Positions 1-13,325 of a stretch of 64,000 nucleotides of DNA are shown piece by piece. The notes beneath the pieces are model-generated. The model made no database searches, was not told the origin of the DNA, and was given only the letters and a program-made list of their open reading frames with translations. Positions within the stretch are counted from its first letter, which is position 1, and each line of letters opens with the position of its first letter. Source of the stretch: Vicugna vicugna (taxonomy: Eukaryota); contig MU058781.1 in the NCBI GenBank assembly GCA_013265495.1, positions 972,963-1,036,962 of the forward strand. The letters are read 5' to 3'. The position numbers were made by a program, and so were the translations under genes.

Positions 1-369
1 TGCACAGTGGTACATTACATGGTTTTATTTAACCAGCCCCCTTTAGTTGGGTATTTGTATTATAATGAACAAATTTTATAAAAATCTTGTTCATCTCTAC
101 TTCCTTTCAAAACATGAGTATCTAAGATTAGGAACACCAAATCAAACACTTAGGATACACAAAAAGAACTATCAAAATTCAAACCACAACCAGCAGCATA
201 TAAAATTATCCATTATCCACATACTTGCCAAAGCTGACTCTTAACCATATTTTTCCCTTTTGCCTATTTGGTAGACAAAATAATAACATTTTATTGTTAT
301 TTTAACTTGCAGTCCTGTAATTCTAATGAATTTGAATCGTTTTTTATTTGCTGAGCATTTATGCTTTTC

Positions 370-3100
370 GTGTCATAGGTTGTCTCGAAGTCCACTGGCA
401 GATTTCTAACACCGGATATGAATGCAGCCCACCAGCTTTCTTACGTGCAGAGTTTCCATGTCATATCCTTTCCCACTCTTTTAACTTTCAACTTACTTTT
501 GTCTTCAGTTCATAAAGACAGCATTCTTTTTTTGTAGACAGCATATTCTTTTTTAAAATTTTATTTATTTTTTTAAGCTTTTTTTTGGGGGGGGGTTAGG
601 CTTATTAATTTTTTAAATGGAGGTACTGGGGATTGAACCAGGACCTCAAGTGTGCTAAGTATGCGCTCCACCACTGAGCAGTATACCCCCATATTCTCGA
701 GTCCTGTTTTTCATCTAGTTTTACAAACCCTGCTTTGTACTTTAATTACTTAGTTTTGAACATTTCATGCATTTGTTTATATGGTTCTGTCTATCATCTT
801 GCTGTTCACTTTGCTTTGCCCATTTTGGTTTTTGCTGTTGTTTTCTTTTTCTTCATTTTTGCTTTGTCCATTTTGTTCTGCCTTGCCTGCCTTCTTTCAG
901 GTTACTCACTTATGCTTTTGGTGTTCCATCTTATTACTCTATTTTTTCTATTCTTTCCTCTACTGTGTTCTATTATTTCTCAGTCTTTCAGGGTGTTTTA
1001 CTGGTTGCTCTAAGGCTAACAGCATTCATTCTAAAATTATCCATGTCTATTTAGAGTCAATATTATAGAATCGTACACCTCACACCTGACTGTTCACGTA
1101 CCCATTTCACATTTCTGACTTCACAAATGTAATAACCTTACCAATGTATAATTCCAGTTCCCACCCCCTCATCCTTTGAACTATTGTTATCATGTCTTTT
1201 ATCACTACATGCTTTATAATCTCACCTTACATACCATTTTATTTTTCTTAAACAGTAAATAATATTTTAAGAAAATGATTGGAAAATAAGTCTGTAACTT
1301 TCACCTATGTATTTGTCATCTGGCTGTTACTCCTCCATTCTCCTTTGTAGATCATTTTAATCATTTTCCTTTAGCTGAATGAATATTCTCTAAGTTTTCT
1401 TTTTAATAATGCCAGTCTGCTGAAGAAAAATTATTTAAGCTTTCCTTCATCTGAAAATGTCTTTATATCAACCTCAATTTTTGAAGGATATTTTTGCTAG
1501 ATGCAGATTTCTCATTTGACATTTTTTTCCCAGCATTTTAAATATGTCATTACATTAACTTCTGGTCTCCATTGTTTCTGATCATGTCAACCATTTTTCA
1601 GATCATTGTTCCCCTGTATATAATGTGGTTTTTGTTTTTCTGTCTACTTTCAAAACTTTCACTTTAACTTTGATGTTCAGCAGTTTGACTATGATATTCT
1701 CAAGTGTAGCTTCCCTTGTATTTATTCTTTGGGAACTCACTGAGGGTATTCAACCTGTGATTCGATATATTCCATCAAATTTGGGAAATTTCCAATCATT
1801 ACTCTCTTAATACATATTTTCCTCCATTTTATTGCTCTCTTTTCCTTACCTAAGACTCCCATTCCATGTGTGTAAAACTATGTGACATGACCCCTTGAGT
1901 GTCTGAGTCTCTCTTCATTTTTCTTCCAGCTTTTTCTCTTCTGTGTTTCCAATTAGTTAATTTCTTTTGATTCTTTTATATTTTTAGTTCTATACCTTCC
2001 ATTTGGTCATTTTTAAAATAATGTCCATGTCTCTGCTGAGATGCCATGACGATTCATCCTGATCATATTTTCCTTTAATTATTTGAAAGTGATTTTTTAA
2101 GAAATTCATAAACATATTTATAATTGCTTTTCCTGCTAAATTTAATATGTGAGTTATGTCAGTTATTTTTATTCACTTTTTTCTGGTCTAAGGCTTCTTT
2201 TCTCCTATTTCTTTGCATTTCTAGCAGTTACAGATTATACACTGGACAATGTGGAAGACTCTGGATTCTGTTACCTTCCTTGGAAAGGTGTTGATATTTT
2301 TTCCCTAGTAAAAAGAGTGAAATCACTGGCTAATCCTGTTAAACTTGTGTAGGCTTAAATTTACATTTTGTTATAGCATTTCTGTGAAAAACTAAGAGTT
2401 TCCCAGCCACTCTAACTTCTCAGAATTCAACCTGAGGACTCTAATTCCTCTGCCACTCTCATCAGAGCTACTTCCAGGCCTTCTTCCGACAGGCTTAGAG
2501 TAAGCCACTCTAGAGCACGGTCTTTATTCTTAATATGCGGACTTTTGGCATCTCAATTTACTGTCAAACTGAAAATGAGCTATGAACTTGACTCTCCTGA
2601 CTTGAATGGTATCTCTGATTCAACTCTAGTGATCTCTGTGCTACTCTCAGGTCCACAGTAATTACTTAGCAAAGCCTTATTAGTCTTAACTGCGGTCATG
2701 TACCCTCGGCCAAGGACTCATGGGGGGGTCCCTATACTGATTTCTGGGTTCCTCTCTGCACATCTCCCTCCTCTTCGTTCCACCCTGCAAATTCTAGCTG
2801 CTTCAGCAGTCCTGAATGCCAAACTTTGTTTCCTTAGCTCAGTGGCACTTATTCTGCATGGATTTCACTTCACTACTTTACAGGCAGAATATTTTGCCCA
2901 GGTGGACGGCCAGCCAGGGTTTTCCTCAAAAGCTTCTTTTTTTTCCAGAATCAGCAAGTCTTGTGCTTCCTTGATGGCCAATGCTCCAAGACAGTTAAAA
3001 CATTAAAATGCTTCATATATTCTCTCCAGTATAATGGCTGATTATAGAAGGAAAGCGAGTCTGGTACCAGCTACCCTGCCATAGCTAAAATTGGAAGTTG
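370..3100 (-). mobile_element. Old L1 remnant (5'/ORF1 to ORF2 start), interrupted by a SINE
   Basis: T-rich strand with typical antisense L1M phrases (tctgaaaatgtctttat, tttgaaggatatttttgct, aatttgggaaattt). No intact ORF. Confidence 0.7.
552..690 (-). mobile_element. tRNA-Ala-derived SINE (camelid Vic-1-like)
   Basis: Reverse complement reads GGGGGTATAC..CTCAGTGGTGGAGCGCATACTTAGCACAC..GGTCCTGGTTCAATCCCCAGTACCTCCA, followed by an A-rich tail. Confidence 0.85.
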
Positions 3101-5012
3101 CAGTGTTGCTGATTTTTTTTAATTAAAAGTAGAAATGGATACATAAATTTGTCATGGGCTAACTAGCACCCATGTTTATGTGTTAGTAATACAAATATAG
3201 GTTAATTACTTTGAAAGTCCACTTTATTTTATGGAGCCACTACTCCATTTAATTATCAGATCATCTTATATTGAGAAAAAGATGAAACGTCTACAAATAA
3301 CAGTGATCTGCTGATGCCTTTGGAATGTGTCAGCTGGGATCACCCAGAAAAAATAAATGGAACAGTCATATTTTTAATAATGCATGAGGTACACAAGCAA
3401 AACACTTGTCAAAACTGTATAACGTTGCAGTAGCCCATCTATATATAAATGCACATGCTTATAAGAGTGTGTTTTCCCTGCGTTGTGCTAATCTTTTTTA
3501 CTTGGCATATTTTTAATGGTTTTTCCAAATGACCTTTGTAAAATTAATCAAGGATCTGACACTGTCCTTTGGAGAAATACAAAGAAAGAATGCTGCTTAT
3601 AATAACTTTTGCATGAAAAACAGCCAGAAAATGACAAAACAGAGAAAACATTAATACTGAAAAAAATGAAAGCTTCAAAGTGAAACTAACAGAAAAATGT
3701 TGCCTTTTTGTCAGTAACGTTTTTGTGGGTCTCTGAAATTTTATTTTCCCTTCAGTTTTTCTAAACCGTTGTCTATTACTAGCGATCAGATGGATTTCTT
3801 AAAACAATTCACTAAGTAACATACACCACAGTTTTTCAGGGGCTCTAATAGTGAGAAACATCTCAAATTAAAGATGAATGAAATGTACAGAAAATGTGTG
3901 CAAAAAATATAAATACAGAAAACCTAAAAAATGCCTGCAATTAGACTGGTTGGGAATCTAAAAAAAAATTAAATGTAGTTGTAATACATTTCCTATTCTT
4001 CTCTTTGAGAAAATTACTACTGAAGTGAGGAATTTTTTTCCTCCTGTAATTTAAATGTTAAACTGCCAGATGTGGGTCTCATGCTTGAAGAGTCGAAGCT
4101 TTGCATTATTTAGCATATTAAGAATCACAGAATTTTAAAAAGGGCTCCTTTATTGCCTGGAGGTTCTAATTAAGTAAACCTTAGCCTGGTACATTTAAAA
4201 CTTGCAATACAAGAGATTTTGCTCTTTTTTTCCCCCCACAGTCAAGTCACATCTCTATAATAAACATGGAAAAATCTTTTAAGATGATATCATTTTTCTT
4301 TGGCTTGAAGAATTAAACCTATCTATTATTTTAAGAAGTTTTTAATAGAGGCCAGCAATCTAGAAGACAAGTCAGGACTCAAAATACTTTTTAATCATTG
4401 CAAGTTGCTTTCCTTATTTATACCAAAGGATGTGTGTTTCATAAAGGCATTCCTCGACTATCCATCTTCCTTTCCCTCCCTTACTTTCTCTGCCTCTGCT
4501 GTGATCTCAGCTGTTCTCCTCTTGTTAGATGAAGACACTATTAGAAGCAACCAGAAGATCACAGGTTTTAGATTGCTATTATGTTTCTGTGCGCGTGTTT
4601 GTCTGCGCTAAGTATCTGGTCACACGGCGATAATTAGCTGCCCTTTCAGCAGTTTGTGGAAGGAGTTTCAGCAGCGAAAGGGAAAACCATAATCAGGTGG
4701 AACTTTTGTAGCCACACAACATTCATAAATCATACCCTTAAATACAGTTATTTTTGCCATTTTAGAAAATGTCAAAGGTGTCAACTCTGTCCAAATATAC
4801 CGCTTAACAGTGACTATTTTAGTAAATTGACTTGAAATGCATTCAGCTAACTGACAGTCAGAGGCACATAATCTAGTTCACAGTACAAATGAACAGTTTA
4901 AAGGCCAAAATAAGCACCAAAGTACGAATTCTCAATGACATGTAGCAATGACCAGGGTTGCAGCCACAGACCAAAATCTTAGCGTTGTTTATACACAACA
5001 GAAATAAATGCT

Positions 5013-5531
5013 CATAGGGAGGGATAAATTAGGAGTTCAAGATTTTCAGATACTAACTAATATATATATATATATATATATACTAGATAAGCAATAAGAA
5101 CTTATTGTATAACAATAAACTATATTCAATTTCTTTTTTTTAGAAATGAATCTTTTTAAATTTTATTTTTAATATATTTTTATTGAAGTATAGTCAGTTT
5201 ACAATGTTGTGTCAATTTCTGGTGTACAGCCCAATACTTTAGTCACACAGGAACATACATACATTTGTTCTCATATTCTTCACCACAGGTTACTACAAAA
5301 TATTGAATATGGTTCCCTGTGCTATATGGTATAAACTTGTTGTTTATCTATTTTATATATATTAATATCTGCAAATCTCGAACTCCCAATCTATATTCAG
5401 TTTCTTGTAATAAACTACAATGGAAAAGAATCTGATAAGACATATACGTATATCTGAATCGCTTTGCTGTACACCCGGAAATAAACATTGTAAATCAACT
5501 ATACTTCAATAAAAAATAAACTTTAAAAAAA
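5013..5531 (+). mobile_element. Lineage-type L1 3'-end fragment (host of a nested insertion)
   Basis: gggagggataaattaggagttc…gctgtacacc…gtaaatcaactatacttcaataaaa plus an A tail. TSD agaaata(a/g)atgct at 5000-5012 / 5532-5544. Confidence 0.85.
5136..5390 (-). mobile_element. Related L1 3'-end fragment inserted antisense inside the previous copy
   Basis: T tail, then ttattgaagtatagtcagtttacaatgttgtg…aactcccaat. TSD ctatattca(a/g)tttctt at 5120-5135 / 5391-5406. Confidence 0.88.
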
Positions 5532-7309
5532 AGAAATAGATGCTTAAATTTTTGAAACGCGTTTTTTTAAAAATATCTAGTTTCCAGTTAAGAAAGTAAG
5601 AATGTTTTAACCACTTTCAAAATAATGGTCGAACATCTATTTGAGGATATTAACACTGAACAAACTAGAAATAAACACAGGGAATGGGTTGATAACATTC
5701 TCCGCTAGCTGTCTAGTTTGAACCTATAAACAGCAACCTCTTGGATGCTGCCACCTTAAACAGATAAATGTCTGTCATAATGTCAAGAAACAAATCCTGT
5801 CTCTTCTTCATGCGAAGAACAAACGAACAAACCCATCTTCAAAAATCTAACAGTTGATAAACAGCAAGTACCGTAAAATTGGAGTTTAGGTTTGGCCAGG
5901 ATTATTCCCTCTAAGGCTAAAATACCTAGTCAAAGGTAAAATGCACTTAATACTTTATGAATGGGTTTCTTAGAACTGTTAAGAAGCTTAATGGTTTCAT
6001 ATGTGGGAAAGTTTTAATACTAATGGCATCAGGAATGCAACTGAACAGTCCTGGTTTTCACTTCTGCACAAACCACTAAGCCACATTCTGTCTACATGGA
6101 ACCTCAACCCATGTGACCCTTTGGTACCACTTACGAATATCAGCAGTTAGTTGATTGATAACAATACATTTTATACAATATTTTTCAGTTTATAAAAACA
6201 GATTTGCATATGTTACTTATTTAATTCAAGTTATTTGGATTAACTTTATTGCCAGCACAGGACTGTAAATATTTCTGCCATCATATCAACCAGCAGAATC
6301 TCTGAATATTTTGCAATTGCAGGATAAAAAATAGATTCATACTTGCATGCCGTGCTTAATAAAATATTATTGTAATGTAAGAGCAGAAATATACTTGGTT
6401 AGTCTTTCTAAGAATAATTTTTAAACATCACCCATTTCTGCCATCCTTAAAAAGATTGCATCCTTTTATGAAAGTCAGCTTCTTTCTTCCTTATTCTTAA
6501 AAATATTAAACTCTCCATCTTAAGCACAATGAAAGAACTCAGAAATTTTAATATGCTGCTCATGAGCTTTCCTTGGTTATCATCAGCTGACATTTTTCAC
6601 TGAACTTAGAACACCCACAGCTATTTGGAATAATAAATTATTTTACCCACTAGTAAGTCCCTATCGCAAAGAGGAAATTGCAGGTAAGGATAGAGGGAGT
6701 CTTGGCCAAATGCTGAAATTAAGCAGGAGACAGACACAGCCAGATGTTTTTTCTCATCATAGTCACTAACACAATAACACAGGGGTGTTTAGTGAGCACC
6801 TACTACCTGTATTACACTTTACACAAATTATTACTAATCCTCAAGTAGAGCCTATTATCCCCCCTTTATAGATGAGGAAAAAAGATTCACAGACTAAGGA
6901 ACATGACAAAGATGGTTAAGTGAAAAGAGTCAAGATGCGAATTTAAGCCTCTCTGACTCCCACATCCACGTTCTGTTTCCCCCACGAAATTGCACAGATC
7001 TGCATCCTCTGTCGCTTCCTTGGCTGTACATTTCCAGCAGGAAGACAGAGATTAGGGCAAGTTGTCACCAAAAGGAATAGAGACAGAGCTTTGATGCAAC
7101 ACCCTAACCGCTGACTTCCTAGGGAGAAAGGGAATAATAAAATCACAAAGAAAATAATGGTAGTAGCGAACATTGTTGAGTTCACACCATATACTAGGCT
7201 TCATGGGGTCAGAGTCCCAGGTTGGCTACTGATTTTAAACTCTTCTCCTCAAAACTGTTTTAAAATACTCCAATGAATACTAGGTTTTATCCATTCAAAC
7301 TTTACCTCC

Positions 7310-7640
7310 TTCCTTGAGGATATTATGCTAAGTAAAGGTAGCCAGGCACAGAAAGACAAATATTATATGGTTCTGCTTACATGAGGGACCTAGAATAGTC
7401 AAACTGAGAGAGAGAGAGAAAGTAGAAATGGTGGCCGCTGGGGCTGGGAGAAGGGGGAAATGCAAAGCCGCTGCTCAACGGCTACAGAGTTTAAGTTTGA
7501 GAAGATGAGATAGTTCTGGAGACGGATGGAGGTGGTGGTTGTATAACAAGGTAAATCCACTTAATGCCACTGAACTGTACATTTAAAAGTGGTTAAAATG
7601 GTAAATTTCATGTTCATCTATATTTTGCCACAATTAAAAG
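7310..7640 (+). mobile_element. L1 3' end (L1MB/MC-like)
   Basis: cttgaggatattatgctaagt…gacaaatattatatggttc…tgaactgtacatttaaaagtggttaaaatggtaaattt. Confidence 0.8.
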
Positions 7641-7739
7641 CATTATTTAATTCCATGTTCCTAAAGCCCCAAATGAAATGCTAAGAAACTTTTTTTTTAA
7701 TGTTATAGGGCCCCCAAAACAAAACAAAACCAAAAAATG

Positions 7740-8975
7740 GAGGGAACTTCTGGTTGGGACCAGATGGCATACGCTTGTTTCTTCTTTCTTCTCCCCTCTA
7801 AATGTAACTTGAAGCCCCCAAAATAATGTAGGAAGCAGCCAAAGGAAATTCTGAAAGCTATAAAGAAGGAGAGGTGATGAGGGACTCCAGGCCTGCAGTA
7901 GCAATATAAGACAGGGCAACCTGAGCCCACTCTCATCCCACCCAACAGAAGCAAGCAGTCCAGACCCAGCGTCTCCAGCCTCATCCTATCAGCAGATAGT
8001 GGTCCAAGTAGGACCCTACCCACCCTTTGAAAGGAAGTCACAGACAACATCAGGTGAGTCCAGCAGCACCGCAGAGCTGGACAGACCAGAGCTGGACTGA
8101 AGTAAGCGTCCAGGGGACTTCCTGTCCTTCCCTGATGCTGTAAACAGTGCTCCTCCCACCGAGAGACAAAAGTGGCCGAGTGGCACCAGCAGGGGGTCCT
8201 GCCACCTAATTCCTAGACCAGGAAGTTTTTTACCATCCTGAGGCTGGAGACTCCCTTCCCCACCCAAAGGCATTAGGTGGCCAGGTCTGGGGAAGCTCCT
8301 TCTGTCCCCTCAGGAGTCACCAGCAGGGGCCAGAGGGTGTCCCAGAAACACAGGCTACATTATGCAGACCAAAACAGCATGTTTTTCAATTGTGGAAAGA
8401 AAAATGTGTCAACTACAAATGGCTCTCAGAAACGTGGAAAATTCTCGATGAGCTATTAGCAGGTTGAATCCAACAATGTATGAGAAGAATTATACAATTT
8501 GAATATATGGCTTAGCAGTCAAAGCTGCGTGGTATGGGAACAGACACAGACGTCAACGGAAGAGAACAGAGAAGCCAGGAACAAGTACAGAAAGATGTGC
8601 TCAGTGGCTGATTATGAAAGAAGGCGCAAAATCAGGTCAATGGAGGAAAAACAGCCTGTTCGACACATGGTGTTGGGAGCAATTAGACATCTACAGGCAA
8701 AAAAATAATAATAATAAGGTAAAAACTGATCTAAACTTCATTCCTTATGTTAAAAATAACTCAAAATAGATTTGCTTAAAAAAAAAGAATAGGAGAAAAT
8801 ACTTAGGATCTAAGTCTAAGAAGTTCTTAGACTTGATGCCAAAACTCAATCTATGAAAGGAAACTGTTAAATCTATTAAAATTCAAAATCTTTACTCTAT
8901 GAAAGACCCTGTTAAGACAATGAAAAGGCAAGCTGTAGACAGAGAGGAAATATTTGCAAACTGCACACCCAACAA
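7740..8975 (+). mobile_element. Fragmented old L1 (5'UTR-like piece followed by a late-ORF2 piece)
   Basis: Begins acttctggttgggaccagatggc, like an L1M 5' end. Later text tgaaaaggcaagctgtagacagagaggaaatatttgcaaa is typical of late ORF2. Confidence 0.6.
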
Positions 8976-9087
8976 CGGCTGGCTTTACCCAGCACGACGT
9001 GCATTATGGGCAAACAGTCAAGATCATGAACCCTTGATCTCACCAACAACTAGTTCATCACACTTGGTTAAGACTTTGTTTCACAGA

Positions 9088-9186
9088 GCGGGAGGGTACA
9101 GCTCAGAGGCCGAGTGCATGTCTAGCATGTGTGAGGTCCTGGGTTCAATCCCCGGTACCTCCACCAAGAAAACAGATAAATAATCC
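9088..9186 (+). mobile_element. tRNA-Ala-derived SINE (Vic-1-like), short tail
   Basis: GGAGGGTACAGCTCAGAGG…GAGGTCCTGGGTTCAATCCCCGGTACCTCCA with pol III A and B boxes. Confidence 0.85.
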
Positions 9187-9369
9187 TCAGTGTACTTTTA
9201 CCCTGTTTTTTGCTAACAAGTGAATTGTGATGAAAGAAACAGTGACCGAGGTGGGGGTGGGGATCTGCTCCTTACACATGACAACGCAGCTGCCCATCTG
9301 ACACAGCTTCACAGTTGCTCCAGTTTATGGTACTGGTTTTTACTATAGGATCTTTCATTCTTTAAATTT

Positions 9370-9540
9370 TATTTTATTCTGTTTAATAACCCAGCATGCG
9401 ATCTACCCTCTTAACGGACGTTTAAGTGCACCTTACAGCACTGTTGACTGCATGGCTGATGGCGCACAGCAGACCTCTAGAACTTACTCATCTTGCATAA
9501 TGGAGGCTTTAGGCTCACTGATTTGCAACTCCTATTTCCA
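9370..9540 (-). mobile_element. L1MA/MB-like 3' terminal fragment
   Basis: atctaccctcttaac…tttaagtg…cagcagacctctagaacttactcatcttgcataa. Confidence 0.75.
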
Positions 9541-10601
9541 GCTTACTCAGATTGTGCATTTGGCTCTGGGTACCTCTGGGCACATCCTGAATGAACAGTG
9601 GGACCAGAGATAAGTGTGTCTTGTCACAGGTCCACAGCAACTCTTCCCTCCTAAACCCCTGCTCTCAAAGGTTTTTGGAAATGTTCAAATTCTCCTAACC
9701 TGCTAGGTCAACTGTGGTGTCTCACATTCAGTCAAGAACTACGACAGTATTTGTCATCCATATCCACTTCTGCAGTGTTATTTTGCAAAGACATTTGTCT
9801 AATTGAAGCTCTGAGTATCTGCAGATTAAATGAGAGCGATTGGCCAAGAAAACAACTGAATGGTTTTCATACTACATGTTAGGAGTGCCTGTTGAATATA
9901 CAAGACACACGTGCATTTGTTAGCATGCTTACGACAACAGATTAAAGAACACACACACACACGTCCACAAAACAAGACTGGTGTGGAGGAGAGAGTATTT
10001 ATTATTCCTGCTCTAAAGACTACGGTCAAAAAAGGTGTGTATCCTGAAAAAGATTTTCAACGATTTCAAAAAAAAAAAAAACACAAAGAATTTTTTTTTT
10101 AATGACTTCATTAGTGGCTCCAAAAATATTGATAATTTGAGGAGTTTTGAAATGGCTTATGTCAATTGACTGGAAAGAATGACAAACCAGTTTGAACGAT
10201 CACACAACCCAATTGCCTTTTTATGTTTCCTTACTGCGCTGTTTAAGAGCACAGGTACAGAGGAAAAATTAACTGTGATGAATATATGGGAACAAATAAA
10301 ATGTGGAGGGTGTAAAACGTCCTGAAAACACAAGCTGTAATCTGCTGTTGTCCACCTAATCCACACACACTCTGTAATTAGAAACATATTGGAACAGAGC
10401 AGCAGCAACACATATTTGAACTTTTCCCTCAGACATTTATTTTGATCATTCACATGTGACACATTCATTTTTACTGCCGTTTCCATTAAAAAAAAATCTT
10501 TAGAAAGGTAGCGTAAACCAACTTCCCATAATGTTTTGAAACTTCTGAATAATTTTTCAGTTTTCTCCTGTGAAAGAAAACAACACAGCAAAGATTCTAA
10601 C

Positions 10602-10768
10602 CTGCTGGAAACGTTTTCAGCCCATCTCATCTTTCTGTCCCCCAGATCGTTCTGACACACCCTCCTCCCTCCCTTTCGGAGCGTTAAACTGCTTCCCCGC
10701 TTCCTTTACATCAGTGGGAACACTTCCCTTCTGGGTGTCGGGAGCTCTCAGAGGGGTCAGGGGCTGCC
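10602..10768 (-). other. Candidate further exon of the OFCC1-like gene carrying an in-frame TGA (GQPLTPLRAPDTQKGSV…QKDEMG*KRFQQ)
   Basis: Good acceptor cttgtcatttcctctgcag| whose phase 1 matches the exon ending at 18013. The frame is open for about 50 codons, then TGA at 10619-10617, with a possible donor CAG|gttaga at 10601-10600. Confidence 0.4.
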
Positions 10769-11254
10769 CTGCAGAGGAAATGACAAGCTGTGAAATGTAA
10801 AAGAACAATCTCTTCCACATGTTCCTCTGCTCCTGGACCACTGCGAGGCTGTCGGCTAGCATCACTCTGGAACCAAGCAGGATGCTGCGTCGTAGTCCTG
10901 TCAAGACTAATTTACAATTAAAGACCTGCACGACTGTTTAAAGCTTTTTCAGTTCCAGCGGTTTTCTGAAATGACTTCGAGATTGAAGTGAATCAAGCCA
11001 GAAACCATTGTTGTAATTAACCCATAACGGGCGGTGAAGAAGCTCACAAAAACTAGATAAAGTTTAAGACAAACTAGAGTTTTTTAAATGAAATCTGTTC
11101 AGGGTGCAATCCTAACTCTACCTCCAATTAACATCTGTGTGGAGTTTTCCCAGCTGAGCCCCAGTTTGGGGAGTTTAATGTTGCAGCTATTGGAAGTCTT
11201 ATTGTCTGTAAATAAAGTTACAAGGTGACAACTTCATTGATCTGTAAGAAGAAA

Positions 11255-11345
11255 AGAAGGAAGAGAGGAAGGAAGGAAAGGAGGAAGGAAGGAAGGAAAG
11301 GAGGGGGGAAGGAAGGAAAGGAGGGGGGAAGGAAGGGGAAAAGAA
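11255..11345 (+). repeat. (GGAA)n-rich polypurine microsatellite
   Basis: About 90 bp of pure purines. Confidence 0.95.
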
Positions 11346-12039
11346 GCAAAACAGGCAGGAAAGATTTGTTCTGACCACTGATGCTTTTAAAAAGATTTAA
11401 ATTATCTTAAAATATTTTGAAACGTTTTTATGACTTTAAATATTGGGATGCATTTCTGTGCTATAACACATAAAAGCATTTAAAAATTTCAGGAAATTAG
11501 CTTTTTACACAGATTAATCGCTTCGAAACATACTGTGGTTCCCTGAGGTTCAATTTTACACTCACACTGTTTGAAAAATCAAGAAATCTCTGTCAAACGC
11601 AAAGTCACGTGCAGTATTTTCAAATAACAGATTCATGGATTCTCCACAGAAACAGGTAACAGCTGACTTACAAACTGCTAAGCAACAGTCTCTATCACTG
11701 TGGTCCGGGATAACCAACAGGGGCCGAAACTTGCTTTTCTTATCCTACCCGTGAGGGAGCGACGGCCTGGGAGCTTCGGGGAGCGCTGCGTGTCGGCTCG
11801 TCTGTAACCGGCCACGAGCTCTCACACAGCAGGTCTCCTCATGAACAGACACACTAACCGAGCGCTGGTCACCAGCTTGTCCTTGGCTCCCTGTTCCGAG
11901 TTCCAGTATTACGGGCCCTCAGTGCTTCATTTATCACTGCTATTAATTAATTTGCCCTCCCTTCTGCCTCTGCTTGGTGGCTGCGACTGGGCATAATGGT
12001 ATATGCTGGGCAGAGCCCTCTCCCCAGTCCACTTAAAAA

Positions 12040-13325
12040 GTCCCTGAAATAGAATCGCATGTGTGTAGCCAACGGATTGTTGACAAAGGCGCAAAGGCGT
12101 TTCGGGGGTGAAAGACAGCCCTTCCAGCAAACGGTGCTGGAACAACTGGAACTTCATATGCAAAAACCAAAAACCTCAGCCTTAACTTCACACCTTATCC
12201 AAAAAGCAGTTTAACTCCAAAGGGATCATTGCTCTAAATGTACAATGCAAAACTAAAACTTCCAGAAGAAAACATAAGTGACAATCTTGTGAGAGTTACA
12301 CAAAGAGTTCACGAAAGAGATATAAAAGTACAATCCGTTTTAAAATTAGGTAACTGGGGCTTAGACAAAATTCAAAACTGTTGCTCTGTGAAAGACACTG
12401 TTAATAAAATAAAAAGTCAAACTACAGACAGGGAGAAAGCATTTACAAACTACATAACCAACAAAGGGCTTGTATCCAGAATGCATAAAGAACTGTAAAA
12501 ACCCAACAGTTGAAAAAAAAAACCCCAATTTAAAAATGGGCAAAGACTTGAACAGATCCTTCACCAAAGAATATACATGGGTGACAGATAAGCACATATG
12601 AAGATGTTCAGTAATATTAGCCATTAAAGAAATACCAATTGAATTCATGATTTGGGATTTAATGTTGAACATAAATTAGAAAGACTTTTTGAAAACCTGA
12701 CAGTACTAAGTGCTGACGAGCTGGCAGAGCGCCTGAAACTCTCCTGTGTTCCTGGGGGGACGCGACGTGGTACAGTCACTGTAAAATAGTGAGGCAGCTC
12801 CTCATAAGGCTAATTGCACGTTTGCCAGACAACCCAGCAATTCTACTACGAAGCAGATGTCCTCGAGAAATGAATACTACATTCACACAATCACCTTTTA
12901 TGAGTATTTGTAGCAACTTTATTCATCGTGGCCAAAACTCAAAATAATCCATTTGTCTTTTAATGAGTGAACAGATAAACAAGCTATGGTACCTCCATAT
13001 GATGGAATATTATTTAGCCCTGAGCAGAAATGAATTGTTGATACAAACAATTCAGTTGACTCTCAAAGGCATTATGTTAACTAAAAGAAGGCCATTCTGT
13101 ATGACAATTTTGTAAAAACAAAGCTATAATCATGATAAAGAGATCAGTGGGTTCCATGCCTGGGAGTGAAGGAGTGAGGATGTGCCTATAACAGCAGAAA
13201 GGAGCTTGCATGGGTAATGGAAGGGCACCTTATCCTGATTGCAGTAGTAGTTACATAAATCTACGTATACGCTATCTAGAACTGTATGCTCTGAAAAAGT
13301 TAATTTTACTACGTGTTAGTTTAAA
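12040..13325 (+). mobile_element. L1 late ORF2 and 3'UTR remnant (L1MC/MD-like)
   Basis: Degenerate ORF2 C-terminal text (VKDTVNKIKSQTTDREKAFTNYITNKGLVSRMHKEL), aaaatgggcaaagacttgaacaga, and 3'UTR motifs. Frameshifted. Confidence 0.85.

Noticed and set aside
735..1068. Three overlapping hydrophobic 'membrane protein' ORFs
   Set aside because: They come from T-rich antisense L1 sequence, which yields Phe/Leu-rich chance ORFs.
10157..10660. 167-aa ORF with a strong-looking acceptor near 10568
   Set aside because: The phase does not fit the exon ending at 18013 (immediate TGA), it is only ~33 nt from the candidate donor at 10601, and the peptide is unrecognisable.
12238..12672. ORFs resembling a retroelement protein
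   Set aside because: Decayed, frameshifted L1 ORF2 C-terminus, not a functional gene.
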